From Eledone cirrhosa (lineage: Eukaryota), in the NCBI GenBank assembly GCA_964016885.1, contig OZ024746.1:98828001-98892000 (forward strand): a stretch of 64,000 bases of DNA, read 5' to 3'. The translations under genes and the position numbers were made by a program. Shown here piece by piece: positions 36,501 to 49,946 of this stretch (its first letter is position 1; the number at the start of each line of letters is the position of its first letter). Under the pieces are notes generated by a model that searched no databases, was not told the origin of the DNA, and worked only from the letters and a program-made list of their open reading frames with translations.

Positions 36501-39500
36501 TAGTAGTGATAGTAGTATTGTTAGTGGTGGTGTTGGTGATAGTAGTAGTAGTGATAGTAGTATTGTTAGTGGTGGTGTTGGTGGTAGTAGTAGTAGTGAT
36601 AGTAGTATTGTTAGTGGTGGTGGTGGTAGTAGTAGTAGTGATAGTAGTATTGTTAGTGGTGGTGTTGGTGGTAGTAGTAGTAGTGATAGTAGTATTGTTA
36701 GTGGTGGTGTTGGTGGTAGTAGTAGTAGTGATAGTAGTATTGTTAGTGGTGGTGTTGGTGGTAGTAGTAGTAGTGATAGTAGTATTGTTAGTGGTGGTGT
36801 TGGTGGTAGTAGTAGTAGTGATAGTAGTATTGTTAGTGGTGGTGTTGGTGTAGTAGTAGTAGTGATAGTAGTATTGTTAGTGGTGGTGTTGGTGGTAGTA
36901 GTAGTAGTGATAGTAGTATTGTTAGTGGTGGTGTTGGTGGTAGTAGTAGTAGTGATAGTAGTATTGTTAGTGGTGGTGTTGGTGGTAGTAGTAGTAGTGA
37001 TAGTAGTATTGTTAGTGGTGGTGTTGGTGGTAGTAGTAGTAGTGATAGTAGTATTGTTAGTGGTGGTAGTAGTAGTAGTGATAGTAGTATTGTTAGTGGT
37101 GGTGTTGGTGGTAGTAGTAGTAGTGATAGTAGTATTGTTAGTGGTGGTGTTGGTGGTAGTAGTAGTAGTGATAGTAGTATTGTTAGTGGTGGTGTTGGTG
37201 GTAGTAGTAGTAGTGATAGTAGTATTGTTAGTGGTGGTAGTAGTAGTAGTGATAGTAGTATTGTTAGTGGTGGTGTTGGTGGTAGTAGTAGTAGTGATAG
37301 TAGTATTGTTAGTGGTGGTGTTGGTGGTAGTAGTAGTAGTGATAGTAGTATTGTTAGTGGTGGTGTTGGTGGTAGTAGTAGTAGTGATAGTAGTATTGTT
37401 AGTGGTGGTGTTGGTGGTAGTAGTAGTAGTGATAGTAGTATTGTTAGTGGTGGTGTTGGTGGTAGTAGTAGTAGTAGTGATAGTAGTATTGTTAGTGGTG
37501 GTGTTGGTGGTAGTAGTAGTAGTGATAGTAGTATTGTTAGTGGTGGTGTTGGTGGTAGTAGTAGTAGTGATAGTAGTATTGTTAGTGGTGGTGTTGGTGG
37601 TAGTAGTAGTAGTGATAGTAGTATTGTTAGTGGTGGTGTTGGTGGTAGTAGTAGTAGTAGTGATAGTAGTATTGTTAGTGGTGGTGTTGGTGGTAGTAGT
37701 AGTAGTGATAGTAGTATTGTTAGTGGTGGTGTTGGTGGTAGTAGTAGTAGTGATAGTAGTATTGTTAGTGGTGGTGTTGGTGGTAGTAGTAGTAGTGATA
37801 GTAGTATTGTTAGTGGTGGTGTTGGTGGTAGTAGTAGTAGTGATAGTAGTATTGTTAGTGGTGGTGTTGGTGGTAGTAGTAGTAGTGATAGTAGTATTGT
37901 TAGTGGTGGTGTTGGTGGTAGTAGTAGTAGTGATAGTAGTATTGTTAGTGGTGGTAGTAGTAGTAGTGATAGTAGTATTGTTAGTGGTGGTGTTGGTGGT
38001 AGTAGTAGTAGTAGTGATAGTAGTATTGTTAGTGGTGGTGTTGGTGGTAGTAGTAGTAGTGATAGTAGTATTGTTAGTGGTGGTGTTGGTGGTAGTAGTA
38101 GTAGTGATAGTAGTATTGTTAGTGGTGGTGTTGGTGGTAGTAGTAGTAGTGATAGTAGTATTGTTAGTGGTGGTGTTGGTGGTAGTAGTAGTAGTAGTGA
38201 TAGTAGTATTGTTAGTGGTGGTGTTGGTGGTAGTAGTAGTAGTGATAGTAGTATTGTTAGTGGTGGTGTTGGTGGTAGTAGTAGTAGTGATAGTAGTATT
38301 GTTAGTGGTGGTGTTGGTGGTAGTAGTAGTAGTGATAGTAGTATTGTTAGTGGTGGTGTTGGTGGTAGTAGTAGTAGTGATAGTAGTATTGTTAGTGGTG
38401 GTGGTAGTAGTAGTAGTGATAGTAGTATTGTTAGTGGTGGTGTTGGTGGTAGTAGTAGTAGTGATAGTAGTATTGTTAGTGGTGGTGTTGGTGGTAGTAG
38501 TAGTAGTGATAGTAGTATTGTTAGTGGTGGTGTTGGTGGTAGTAGTAGTAGTGATAGTAGTATTGTTAGTGGTGGTGTTGGTGGTAGTAGTAGTAGTGAT
38601 AGTAGTATTGTTAGTGGTGGTGTTGGTGGTAGTAGTAGTAGTAGTGATAGTAGTATTGTTAGTGGTGGTGTTGGTGGTAGTAGTAGTAGTGATAGTAGTA
38701 TTGTTAGTGGTGGTGTTGGTGGTAGTGGTAGTAGTGATAGTAGTATTGTTAGTGGTGGTAGTAGTAGTAGTGATAGTAGTATTGTTAGTGGTGGTGTTGG
38801 TGGTAGTAGTAGTAGTAGTGATAGTAGTATTGTTAGTGGTGGTGTTGGTGGTAGTAGTAGTAGTGATAGTAGTATTGTTAGTGGTGGTGTTGGTGGTAGT
38901 GGTAGTAGTGATAGTAGTATTGTTAGTGGTGGTAGTAGTAGTAGTGATAGTAGTATTGTTAGTGGTGGTGTTGGTGGTAGTAGTAGTAGTAGTGATAGTA
39001 GTATTGTTAGTGGTGGTGTTGGTGGTAGTAGTAGTAGTGATAGTAGTATTGTTAGTGGTGGTGTTGGGTAGTGGTAGTAGTGATAGTAGTATTGTTAGTG
39101 GTGGTGTTGGTGGTAGTAGTAGTAGTGATAGTAGTATTGTTAGTGGTGGTGTTGGTGGTAGTAGTAGTAGTGATAGTAGTATTGTTAGTGGTGGTGGTGG
39201 TGGTAGTAGTAGTAGTGATAGTAGTATTGTTAGTGGTGGTGTTGGTGGTAGTAGTAGTAGTGATAGTAGTATTGTTAGTGGTGGTGTTGGTAGTGGTAGT
39301 AGTAGTGATAGTAGTATTGTTAGTGGTGGTGTTGGTAGTAGTAGTAGTAGTGATAGTAGTATTGTTAGTGGTGGTGTTGGTGGTAGTAGTAGTAGTGATA
39401 GTAGTATTGTTAGTGGTGGTGTTGGTGGTAGTGTAGTAGTGATAGTAGTATTGTTAGTGGTGGTGTTGGTGGTAGTAGTAGTAGTGATAGTAGTATTGTT

Positions 39501-42500
39501 AGTGGTGGTGTTGGTGGTAGTGGTAGTAGTGATAGTAGTATTGTTAGTGGTGGTGTTGGTGGTAGTGGTAGTAGTGATAGTAGTATTGTTAGTGGTGGTA
39601 GTGGTAGTAGTGATAGTAGTATTGTTAGTGGTGGTAGTAGTAGTAGTGATAGTAGTATTGTTAGTGGTGGTGTTGGTGGTAGTAGTAGTAGTGATAGTAG
39701 TATTGTTAGTGGTGGTGTTGGTGGTAGTAGTAGTAGTGATAGTAGTATTGTTAGTGGTGGTAGTGGTAGTGGTAGTAGTGATAGTAGTATTGTTAGTGGT
39801 GGTGTTGGTGGTAGTGGTAGTAGTGATAGTAGTATTGTTAGTGGTGGTGTTGGTGGTAGTAGTAGTAGTGATAGTAGTATTGTTAGTGGTGGTGTTGGTG
39901 GTAGTAGTAGTAGTGATAGTAGTATTGTTAGTGGTGGTGTTGGTGGTAGTAGTAGTAGTGATAGTAGTATTGTTAGTGGTGGTGTTGGTAGGTGGTAGTA
40001 GTAGTGATAGTAGTATTGTTAGTGGTGGTGTTGGTGGTAGTGGTAGTAGTGATAGTAGTATTGTTAGTGGTGGTGTTGGTAGTGGTAGTAGTAGTGATAG
40101 TAGTATTGTTAGTGGTGGTGTTGGTGGTAGTAGTAGTAGTGATAGTAGTATTGTTAGTGGTGGTGTTGGTGGTAGTGGTAGTAGTGATAGTAGTATTGTT
40201 AGTGGTGGTGGTGGTAGTGGTAGTAGTAGTAGTGATAGTAGTATTGTTAGTGGTGGTGTTAGGTGGTAGTGGTAGTAGTGATAGTAGTATTGTTAGTGGT
40301 GGTGGTGAGTGGTAGTAGTAGTAGTGATAGTAGTATTGTTAGTGGTGGTGTTGGTAGTGGTAGTAGTAGTGATAGTAGTATTGTTAGTGGTGGTGTTGGT
40401 GGTAGTGGTAGTAGTGATAGTAGTATTGTTAGTGGTGGTGGTGGTAGTGGTAGTAGTAGTGATAGTAGTATTGTTAGTGGTGGTGTTGGTGGTAGTAGTA
40501 GTAGTGATAGTAGTATTGTTAGTGGTGGTGTTGGTGGTAGTAGTAGTAGTGATAGTAGTATTGTTAGTGGTGGTGTTGGTGGTAGTGTAGTAGTAGTGAT
40601 AGTAGTATTGTTAGTGGTGGTGGTGGTGGTAGTAGTAGTAGTGATAGTAGTATTGTTAGTGGTGGTGTTGGTGGTAGTAGTAGTAGTGATAGTAGTATTG
40701 TTAGTGGTGGTGGTGTGGTAGTGTTAGTAGTAGTAGTGATAGTAGTATTGTTAGTGGTGGTGGTGGTAGTGGTAGTAGTAGTGATAGTAGTATTGTTAGT
40801 GGTGGTGTTGGTGGTAGTAGTAGTAGTGATAGTAGTATTGTTAGTGGTGGTGGTGGTAAGTGATAGTAGTATTGTTAGTGGTGGTGTTGGTGGTAGTAGT
40901 AGTAGTGATAGTAGTATTGTTAGTGGTGGTGGTGGTGGTAATAGTAGTAGTGATAGTAGTATTGTTAGTGGTGGTGGTGGTGGTAATAGTAGTAGTGATA
41001 GTAGTTTTGTTAGTGGTGGTGTTGGTGGTAGTAGTAGTAGTGATAGTAGTATTGTTAGTGGTGGTGTTGGTGGTAGTAGTAGTAGTGATAGTAGTATTGT
41101 TAGTGGTGGTGGTGGTGGTAATAGTAGTAGTGATAGTAGTTTTGTTAGTGGTGGTGGTGGTGGTAGTATAGTAGTAGTGATAGTAGTATTGTTAGTGGTG
41201 GTGGTTGGTGGTAATAGTAGTAGTGATAGTAGTATTGTTAGTGGTGGTGGTTGGTGGTAATAGTAGTAGTGATAGTAGTTTTGTTAGTGGTGGTGTTGGT
41301 GGTAGTAGTAGTAGTGATAGTAGTATTGTTAGTGGTGGTGTTGGTAGTGGTAGTAGTAGTGATAGTAGTATTGTTAGTGGTGGTGGTGGTAGTGGTAGTA
41401 GTAGTGATAGTAGTATTGTTAGTGGTGGTGTTGGTGGTAGTAGTAGTAGTGATAGTAGTATTGTTAGTGGTGGTGGTGGTGGTAATAGTAGTAGTGATAG
41501 TAGTTTTGTTAGTGGTGGTGGTGGTGGTAATAGTAGTAGTGATAGTAGTATTGTTAGTGGTGGTGTTGGTGGTAGTAGTAGTAGTGATAGTAGTTTTGTT
41601 AGTGGTGGTGTTGGTGGTAGTAGTAGTAGTGATAGTAGTATTGTTAGTGGTGGTGTTGGTAGTGGTAGTAGTAGTAGTGATAGTAGTATTGTTAGTGGTG
41701 GTGGTGGTAGTGGTAGTAGTAGTGATAGTAGTATTGTTAGTGGTGGTGTTGGTGGTAGTAGTAGTAGTGATAGTAGTATTGTTAGTGGTGGTGGTGGTGG
41801 TAATAGTAGTAGTGATAGTAGTTTTGTTAGTGGTGGTGGTGGTGGTAATAGTAGTAGTGATAGTAGTATTGTTAGTGGTGGTGTTGGTGGTAGTAGTAGT
41901 AGTGATAGTAGTATTGTTAGTGGTGGTGGTGGTAGTGGTAGTAGTAGTGATAGTAGTATTGTTAGTGGTGGTGGTGGTGGTAATATTAGTAGTGATAGTA
42001 GTATTGTTAGTGGTGGTGGTGGTGGTAATAGTAGTAGTGATAGTAGTATTGTTAGTGGTGGTGTTGGTGGTAGTAGTAGTAGTGATAGTAGTATTGTTAG
42101 TGGTGGTGGTGGTGGTAATAGTAGTAGTGATAGTAGTATTGTTAGTGGTGGTGGTGGTGGTAATAGTAGTAGTGATAGTAGTTTTGTTAGTGGTGGTGTT
42201 GGTGGTAGTAGTAGTAGTGATAGTAGTATTGTTAGTGGTGGTGTTGGTGGTAGTAGTAGTAGTGATAGTAGTATTGTTAGTGGTGGTGTTGGTGGTAGTA
42301 GTAGTAGTGATAGTAGTATTGTTAGTGGTGGTGGTGGTGGTAATAGTAGTAGTGATAGTAGTATTGTTAGTGGTGGTGGTGGTAGTGGTAGTAGTAGTGA
42401 TAGTAGTATTGTTAGTGGTGGTGTTGGTAGTGGTAGTAGTAGTGATAGTAGTATTGTTAGTGGTGGTGTTGGTGGTAGTAGTAGTAGTGATAGTAGTATT

Positions 42501-45500
42501 GTTAGTGGTGGTGGTGGTAGTGGTAGTAGTAGTGATAGTAGTATTGTTAGTGGTGGTGTTGGTGGTAGTGGTAGTAGTGATAGTAGTATTGTTAGTGGTG
42601 GTGTTGGTGGTAGTAGTAGTAGTGATAGTAGTATTGTTAGTGGTGGTGGTGGTAGTGGTAGTAGTAGTGATAGTAGTATTGTTAGTGGTGGTGTTGGTGG
42701 TAGTGGTAGTAGTGATAGTAGTATTGTTAGTGGTGGTGTTGGTGGTAGTAGTAGTAGTGATAGTAGTATTGTTAGTGGTGGTGTTGGTGGTAGTAGTAGT
42801 AGTGATAGTAGTATTGTTAGTGGTGGTGGTGGTAGTGGTAGTAGTAGTGATAGTAGTATTGTTAGTGGTGGTGGTGGTAGTAGTAGTAGTGATAGTAGTA
42901 TTGTTAGTGGTGGTGTTGGTGGTAGTAGTAGTAGTGATAGTAGTATTGTTAGTGGTGGTGTTGGTGGTAGTAGTAGTAGTGATAGTAGTATTGTTAGTGG
43001 TGGTGTTGGTGGTAGTAGTAGTAGTGATAGTAGTATTGTTAGTGGTGGTGTTGGTAGTGGTAGTAGTAGTGATAGTAGTATTGTTAGTGGTGGTGTTGGT
43101 GGTAGTGGTAGTAGTGATAGTAGTATTGTTAGTGGTGGTGGTGGTAGTGGTAGTAGTAGTGATAGTAGTATTGTTAGTGGTGGTGTTGGTGGTAGTAGTA
43201 GTAGTGATAGTAGTATTGTTAGTGGTGGTGTTGGTGGTAGTAGTAGTAGTGATAGTAGTATTGTTAGTGGTGGTGGTGGTAGTGGTAGTAGTAGTGATAG
43301 TAGTATTGTTAGTGGTGGTGTTGGTGGTAGTGGTAGTAGTGATAGTAGTATTGTTAGTGGTGGTGTTGGTGGTAGTAGTAGTAGTGATAGTAGTATTGTT
43401 AGTGGTGGTGTTGGTGGTAGTAGTAGTAGTGATAGTAGCATTGTTAGTGGTGGTGGTGGTAGTGGTAGTAGTAGTGATAGTAGTATTGTTAGTGGTGGTG
43501 TTGGTGGTAGTAGTAGTAGTGATAGTAGTATTGTTAGTGGTGGTGTTGGTGGTAGTAGTAGTAGTGATAGTAGTATTGTTAGTGGTGGTGTTGGTAGTGG
43601 TAGTAGTAGTGATAGTAGTATTGTTAGTGGTGGTGTTGGTGGTAGTGGTAGTAGTGATAGTAGTATTGTTAGTGGTGGTGGTGGTAGTGGTAGTAGTAGT
43701 GATAGTAGTATTGTTAGTGGTGGTGTTGGTGGTAGTAGTAGTAGTGATAGTAGTATTGTTAGTGGTGGTGGTGGTGGTAATAGTAGTAGTGATAGTAGTA
43801 TTGTTAGTGGTGGTGGTGGTAGTGGTAGTAGTAGTGATAGTAGTATTGTTAGTGGTGGTGTTGGTGGTAGTAGTAGTAGTGATAGTAGTATTGTTAGTGG
43901 TGGTGTTGGTGGTAGTAGTAGTAGTGATAGTAGTATTGTTAGTGGTGGTGTTGGTGGTAGTAGTAGTAGTGATAGTAGTATTGTTAGTGGTGGTGTTGGT
44001 AGTGGTAGTAGTAGTGATAGTAGTATTGTTAGTGGTGGTGGTGGTAGTGGTAGTAGTAGTGATAGTAGTATTGTTTGTGGTGGTGTTGGTGGTAGTAGTA
44101 GTAGTGATAGTAGTATTGTTAGTGGTGGTGTTGGTGGTTGTAGTAGTAGTGATAGTAGTATTGTTAGTGGTGTTGGTGGTAGTGGTAGTAGTGATAGTAG
44201 TATTGTTAGTGGTGTTGGTGGTAGTGGTAGTAGTGATAGTAGTATTGTTAGTGGTGGTGGTGGTAGTAGTAGTGATAGTAGTATTGTTAGTGGTGGTGTT
44301 GGTGGTAGTAGTAGTAGTGATAGTAGTATTGTTAGTGGTGGTAGTGGTGGTAGTGGTAGTAGTGATAGTAGTATTGTTAGTGGTGGTGTTGGTGGTAGTA
44401 GTAGTAGTGATAGTAGTATTGTTAGTGGTGGTGTTGGTGGTAGTAGTAGTAGTGATAGTAGTATTGTTAGTGGTGGTGTTGGTGGTAGTAGTAGTAGTGA
44501 TAGTAGTATTGTTAGTGGTGGTGGTGGTGGTAGTAGTAGTAGTGATAGTAGTATTGTTAGTGGTGGTGTTGGTGGTAGTAGTAGTAGTGATAGTAGTATT
44601 GTTAGTGGTGGTGGTGCTAGTAGTAGTAGTAGTGATAGTAGTATTGTTAGTGGTGGTGTTGGTAGTGGTAGTAGTAGTGATAGTAGTATTGTTAGTGGTG
44701 GTGTTGGTGGTAGTAGTAGTAGTGATAGTAGTATTGTTAGTGGTGGTGTTGGTGGTAGTAGTAGTAGTGATAGTAGTATTGTTAGTGGTGGTGGTGGTGG
44801 TAGTAGTAGTAGTGATAGTAGTATTGTTAGTGGTGGTGTTGGTGGTAGTAGTAGTAGTGATAGTAGTATTGTTAGTGGTGGTGTTGGTAGTGGTAGTAGT
44901 AGTGATAGTAGTATTGTTAGTGGTGGTGTTGGTGGTAGTGGTAGTAGTGATAGTAGTATTGTTAGTGGTGTTGGTGGTAGTGGTAGTAGTGATAGTAGTA
45001 TTGTTAGTGGTGGTGTTGGTAGTGGTAGTAGTAGTGATAGTAGTATTGTTAGTGGTGGTGTTGGTGGTAGTGGTAGTAGTGATAGTAGTATTGTTAGTGG
45101 TGTTGGTGGTAGTGGTAGTAGTGATAGTAGTATTGTTAGTGGTGGTGTTGGTGATAGTAGTAGTAGTGATAGTAGTATTGTTAGTGGTGTTGGTGGTAGT
45201 GGTAGTAGTGATAGTAGTATTGTTAGTGGTGGTGTTGGTAGTGGTAGTAGTAGTGATAGTAGTATTGTTAGTGGTGGTGTTGGTGGTAGTGGTAGTAGTG
45301 ATAGTAGTATTGTTAGTGGTGTTGGTGGTAGTGGTAGTAGTGATAGTAGTATTGTTAGTGGTGGTGTTGGTGATAGTAGTAGTAGTGATAGTAGTATTGT
45401 TAGTGGTGGTGTTGGTGGTAGTGGTAGTAGTGATAGTAGTATTGTTAGTGGTGGTGTTGGTGGTAGTAGTAGTAGTGATAGTAGTATTGTTAGTGGTGGT

Positions 45501-46470
45501 GTTGGTGGTAGTAGTAGTAGTGATAGTAGTATTGTTAGTGGTGGTAGTGGTAGTGGTAGTAGTGATAGTAGTATTGTTAGTGGTGGTAGTGGTAGTGGTA
45601 GTAGTAGTGATAGTAGTATTGTTAGTGGTGGTGTTGGTGGTAGTAGTAGTAGTGATAGTAGTATTGTTAGTGGTGGTGTTGGTGGTAGTAGTAGTAGTGA
45701 TAGTAGTATTGTTAGTGGTGGTAGTGGTAGTGGTAGTAGTGATAGTAGTATTGTTAGTGGTGGTGTTGGTAGTGGTAGTAGTAGTGATAGTAGTATTGTT
45801 AGTGGTGGTGTTGGTGGTAGTGGTAGTAGTGATAGTAGTATTGTTAGTGGTGTTGGTGGTAGTGGTAGTAGTGATAGTAGTATTGTTAGTGGTGGTGTTG
45901 GTAGTGGTAGTAGTAGTGATAGTAGTATTGTTAGTGGTGGTGTTGGTGGTAGTGGTAGTAGTGATAGTAGTATTGTTAGTGGTGTTGGTGGTAGTGGTAG
46001 TAGTGATAGTAGTATTGTTAGTGGTGGTGTTGGTAGTGGTAGTAGTAGTGATAGTAGTATTGTTAGTGGTGGTGTTGGTGGTAGTGGTAGTAGTGATAGT
46101 AGTATTGTTAGTGGTGTTGGTGGTAGTGGTAGTAGTGATAGTAGTATTGTTAGTGGTGGTGTTGGTGGTAGTGGTAGTAGTGATAGTAGTATTGTTAGTG
46201 GTGGTGTTGGTAGTGGTAGTAGTAGTGATAGTAGTATTGTTAGTGGTGGTGTTGGTGGTAGTAGTAGTAGTGATAGTAGTATTGTTAGTGGTGGTGTTGG
46301 TGGTAGTAGTAGTAGTGATAGTAGTATTGTTAGTGGTGGTAGTGGTAGTGGTAGTAGTGATAGTAGTATTGTTAGTGGTGGTAGTGGTAGTGGTAGTAGT
46401 AGTGATAGTAGTATTGTTAGTGGTGGTGTTGGTGGTAGTAGTAGTAGTGATAGTAGTATTGTTAGTAGTA
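33550..46470. repeat. ~13-kb satellite, 45-bp unit (36-48 variants) built from GGT/AGT triplets, ~290 copies
   Basis: Unit agtgatagtagtattgttagtggtggtgttggtggtagtagtagt; plus strand essentially C-free. Confidence 0.98.
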
Positions 46471-46482
46471 GTAGTTGTAGTG

Positions 46483-46526
<44 letters not shown>

Positions 46527-46642
46527 GGTGGTGGTGGTGGTGGTGGTGGTGGTGGTGGTGGTGGTGGTGGTGGTGGTGGTGGTGATTGTATGATGGTGTG
46601 GTGGTAGTAGTGGTGGTGGTGGTGGTGGAGGTAGTAGAAATG

Positions 46643-46704
<62 letters not shown>

Positions 46705-46745
46705 GGTGGTGGTGGTGGTGTTGGTGGTGTTGGGGTGATGATGAT

Positions 46746-46797
<52 letters not shown>

Positions 46798-46952
46798 TAG
46801 TAGTAGTAGTAGTGTTGGGGTGATGATGATGTGGTGGTAGTGGTGGTGGTGTTAGTATTATTATTATTATTAGTAGTAGTAGTAGTTGTAGTAATAGTAG
46901 TAGTGGTGGTAGTGTTGGGGTGATGATGATGTGGTGGTAGTGGTGATGGTGT

Positions 46953-46991
<39 letters not shown>

Positions 46992-47024
46992 CAGTAGTAG
47001 TAGTAGTAGTAGTAGTACTAGTGT

Positions 47025-47071
<47 letters not shown>

Positions 47072-47078
47072 CTAGTGT

Positions 47079-47128
<50 letters not shown>

Positions 47129-47172
47129 TTAGTAGTAGTAGTAGTAGTAGTAGTAGTGTTGGGGTGATGATG
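46470..47172. repeat. Compound (GGT)n/(AGT)n microsatellite
   Basis: Direct reading. Confidence 0.95.
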
Positions 47173-47334
47173 TAAGAGGATCTACTGAATTGATTAAGTT
47201 AGGAGAAAGTTTATTTATTTGTTAGTGAGAACAACAGAATTATCTGTAAGCAGCAGATAGTGTAGCATTTGTTGCAGCACGTCTGTTATATAACAGCAAT
47301 CATTGGAGTCACATGACTGAGTGACGTAACAATA

Positions 47335-47830
47335 CTTTCTTTATTAACCACTAGGGTTTACATAAAGTAGACATTAAGGACAGTACAGGACACTACAGGA
47401 CGGTACAAATGGGCATTCCTGCGTGTAAAACACAAAAACAGAGGATGTAACAAAAAAAATAACAATGAAAAATTCCCCAATAGGGGGGAGACTTCCGAGG
47501 GACATTCGTGGAGAAAGCCCATTAAAAAGCCACAGTGACCCTGACCACCAAGGAAAGTGCCCTCTCCCAGTTTTCTACCTTTAATTTACAGACACATACT
47601 CAGAGTAGCCCCGCCCCATTCACTCGGGCCATTCTTGCCTCTCTCACCCATCTTTCAACAAAATGCTGGGAAGAGAGCACTTTCCTCTCTATCCTGATTT
47701 TCCTTTTCAAATGAAATTTGAAAAAGTTAATCAGGGCATCACTGAAGAGGCAAGTGCTCGTCTTCAGCCCTTTCAAATGTGTCCACCATACTATCTCTTT
47801 CGCCATGGCCACTGAATGACATAACAATGA
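47335..47830 (-). mobile_element. Tx1/L1-clade LINE 3' fragment
   Basis: MAKEIVWWTHLKGL..FFKFHLKRKIRIER..WV..ARMARVNG aligns with the C-terminus of 58541-60082; shared end ccctagtgg..aataaagaaa. Confidence 0.85.
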
Positions 47831-47927
47831 GAAGATATGCTGAGAGGAGGAAGGACTTGGACAGTGAGGATTATAGAATCTGATAGATTTCAGAAGCAAA
47901 GGAACTTTTATCAAAGGATAAGGATTC

Positions 47928-48262
47928 CTACTATAGGTACGAGGACAGAAATTTGAGGAAAGAGGAAAGTCGATTAAATCAACCCCAGAGTATTACTGGT
48001 ACTTTATTTTATCGACCCTGTAAGGGTATAAGGCAAAGTTAACCTCAGCGGAATTTGAACTCAAACTCTAAAGGGACATAACTCTGTGCTGCAAAAGATG
48101 GTGTCCGACCCTCTACCGATACTGCCATAATAATGATTTCTATAATAGGCACAAGGCCAGCAATTTGAAGAGGAGGGGAAAGTCGATTAAATCAACCCCA
48201 GTACATTACTGGTACTTTATCTTATTGACTCCGTAAGGATGTAAGGCAAAGCTAACCTCAGA
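47928..48262 (-). mobile_element. Two adjacent family A SINEs
   Basis: Two core motifs; the first has A/B boxes. Confidence 0.85.
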
Positions 48263-48286
48263 TAATGACAAGAGTGAAAAGCTATT

Positions 48287-48289
<3 letters not shown>

Positions 48290-48318
<29 letters not shown>

Positions 48319-48490
48319 TTCCGTTTAACGTCATTTTTCTACGCTTGCATGGGTTAGACAGGTCGTCCTTGCTGGGAGGCAAGTCTGGCCAGGGTTGGCC
48401 ATGCCATACCTTGCTCCAGCAAGGACTGTAAATTTGGCTGAGTATTTTACTGTTGGATGCCCTTCCTAACACCAACCATGTTTACAGTGG
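48290..48490 (-). mobile_element. RTE-tailed SINE-like fragment
   Basis: (cat)n tail, cttgcatgggttagac, ggatgcccttcctaacacc. Confidence 0.6.
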
Positions 48491-49598
48491 GGGACTGGAT
48501 GGCTCCGTTATGAGGAGGGACAGGCCAGTTGGCCGCACCGAACCCCTCTCACAGCGGAACCATGTTTATGGAGAACAACCCATCACACAGTGGAGCCATA
48601 TGGAACCATAGTTTTGGAACCTGGTACTGGGTCCATCATTGTGAGGAGGGACTGGTGCGGAACCACAGTTTGGGTGTCTGGCGTTGGGTGGCACCACTAT
48701 GCAAAAGGACCAGTGATACCACTATGAGGAGGTACAGGCTAGTTGGCCATGCCGAACCCTTCTCACAGTGATACTCCAGTTTCAAAGCCAGGCAGTCGCC
48801 ACGCAATGGACACTTCTCAGTATGAAACCAGACTCTGGCATCCTGGGACTGGATGGCTCTGTTATGAGGAGGGACAGGCCAGTTGGCCGCACTGAACTCC
48901 TCACACAGCAGCACACCAGTTTTGGAGCCAAGCACTCTCCATGCAATGAACACTTCTCAATACGAAACCAGATAACCACATGTGACTCCACCTTGCGACG
49001 AACCTTTCTCAGAGCGAAAACACCTTTTGGGGGTGACTGGCACGAAGAAGCCAGTTGGAACCCAGTACTGGATGGCTCCATTACGAGGAGCCTAACCTAT
49101 CTCACAGCGTAGCCATAGTTTCGTGGCCCAGTTTCGGATGGCACCACCATGTGGAGGAACAGGTCGGTTGGCCAGGGGCTCGATACAGGATGCTACTGCT
49201 ATGAGGAAGGATAGGTGAAGAACCGCAGAATGGGAGCCTGGCACTGGAAGACACCACAATGGGAAAGGACTGGCCAATTTGACCACGCCAAACTCCTCCC
49301 ACAGTGGCACCCCAGTTTCGGGGCCTGGTACTCTCCATGTGACAAACCCTACTCAGCACGAAACAACCTTTCGGCGGGGCCTGGCACTGGATGGCACCAC
49401 CATGCGAAGAGGCCAGTGGATGACACCGATATGAGGAGCCTAACCCAACTCACAGCGTAGCCAAAGTTTTCTGGCTCGGTATCGGATGGCACCACCATGT
49501 GGAGGGAGAGGTCAGCCAGCCACGCTGAACCCACCATGCAGTGTAACCATAGTTAAGGGACCCGATACTGGATGATGCCGCTATGAGGAAGGATAGCT
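48490..49598. repeat. Degenerate GC-rich complex repeat
   Basis: Recurrent actggatggc(a/t)cc.., tatgaggagg, ccagttggcc, ctcacagcg and ccatagttt modules. Confidence 0.7.
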
Positions 49599-49621
49599 GT
49601 ATGGCATAATTGTTATATAAT

Positions 49622-49836
49622 TATTTCAACTATAGACACAAGGCCTTAAATTTGGATAGAGTGGAAAGTCGATTAAATCGACCCCAGTGCATTACTGGTG
49701 CTTTATTTTATTGACCCCGTAAGGATGAAAGGTTAAGCTAACCTCGGTGGGGTTTGAACCCAGAACGTAAAGGGTCATAACTCTATGTCACGAAGCATGT
49801 TGTCTGATGCTCTACTATTCTGCCAATCCACCATCC
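49622..49836 (-). mobile_element. Family A SINE, full length
   Basis: 15-bp TSD taattgttatataat at 49607 and 49837. Confidence 0.9.
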
Positions 49837-49946
49837 TAATTGTTATATAATGTAGTGTATGTAGTGTTGTCTAGATTAACTCTTCAAGTCCTGTTCCACA
49901 TGAAACTGCATTAACAAGATATTCTTGAAAAGTCTAAAACAGCATC

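Noticed and set aside
36180-41250. Cluster of single-base indels within the large satellite as a biological signal
   Set aside because: Equally consistent with long-read consensus error; cannot be judged without reads
33494-46607. 1100-1800 aa Ser/Gly-rich and poly-Val ORFs as a structural (silk/mucin-like) protein
   Set aside because: Single codon per amino acid, two frames open at once, no ATG start or signal peptide, frame breaks at single-base indels: satellite artefact
31620-47170. Telomeric repeat tract
   Set aside because: G/T-rich but no TTAGGG or TTAGG arrays
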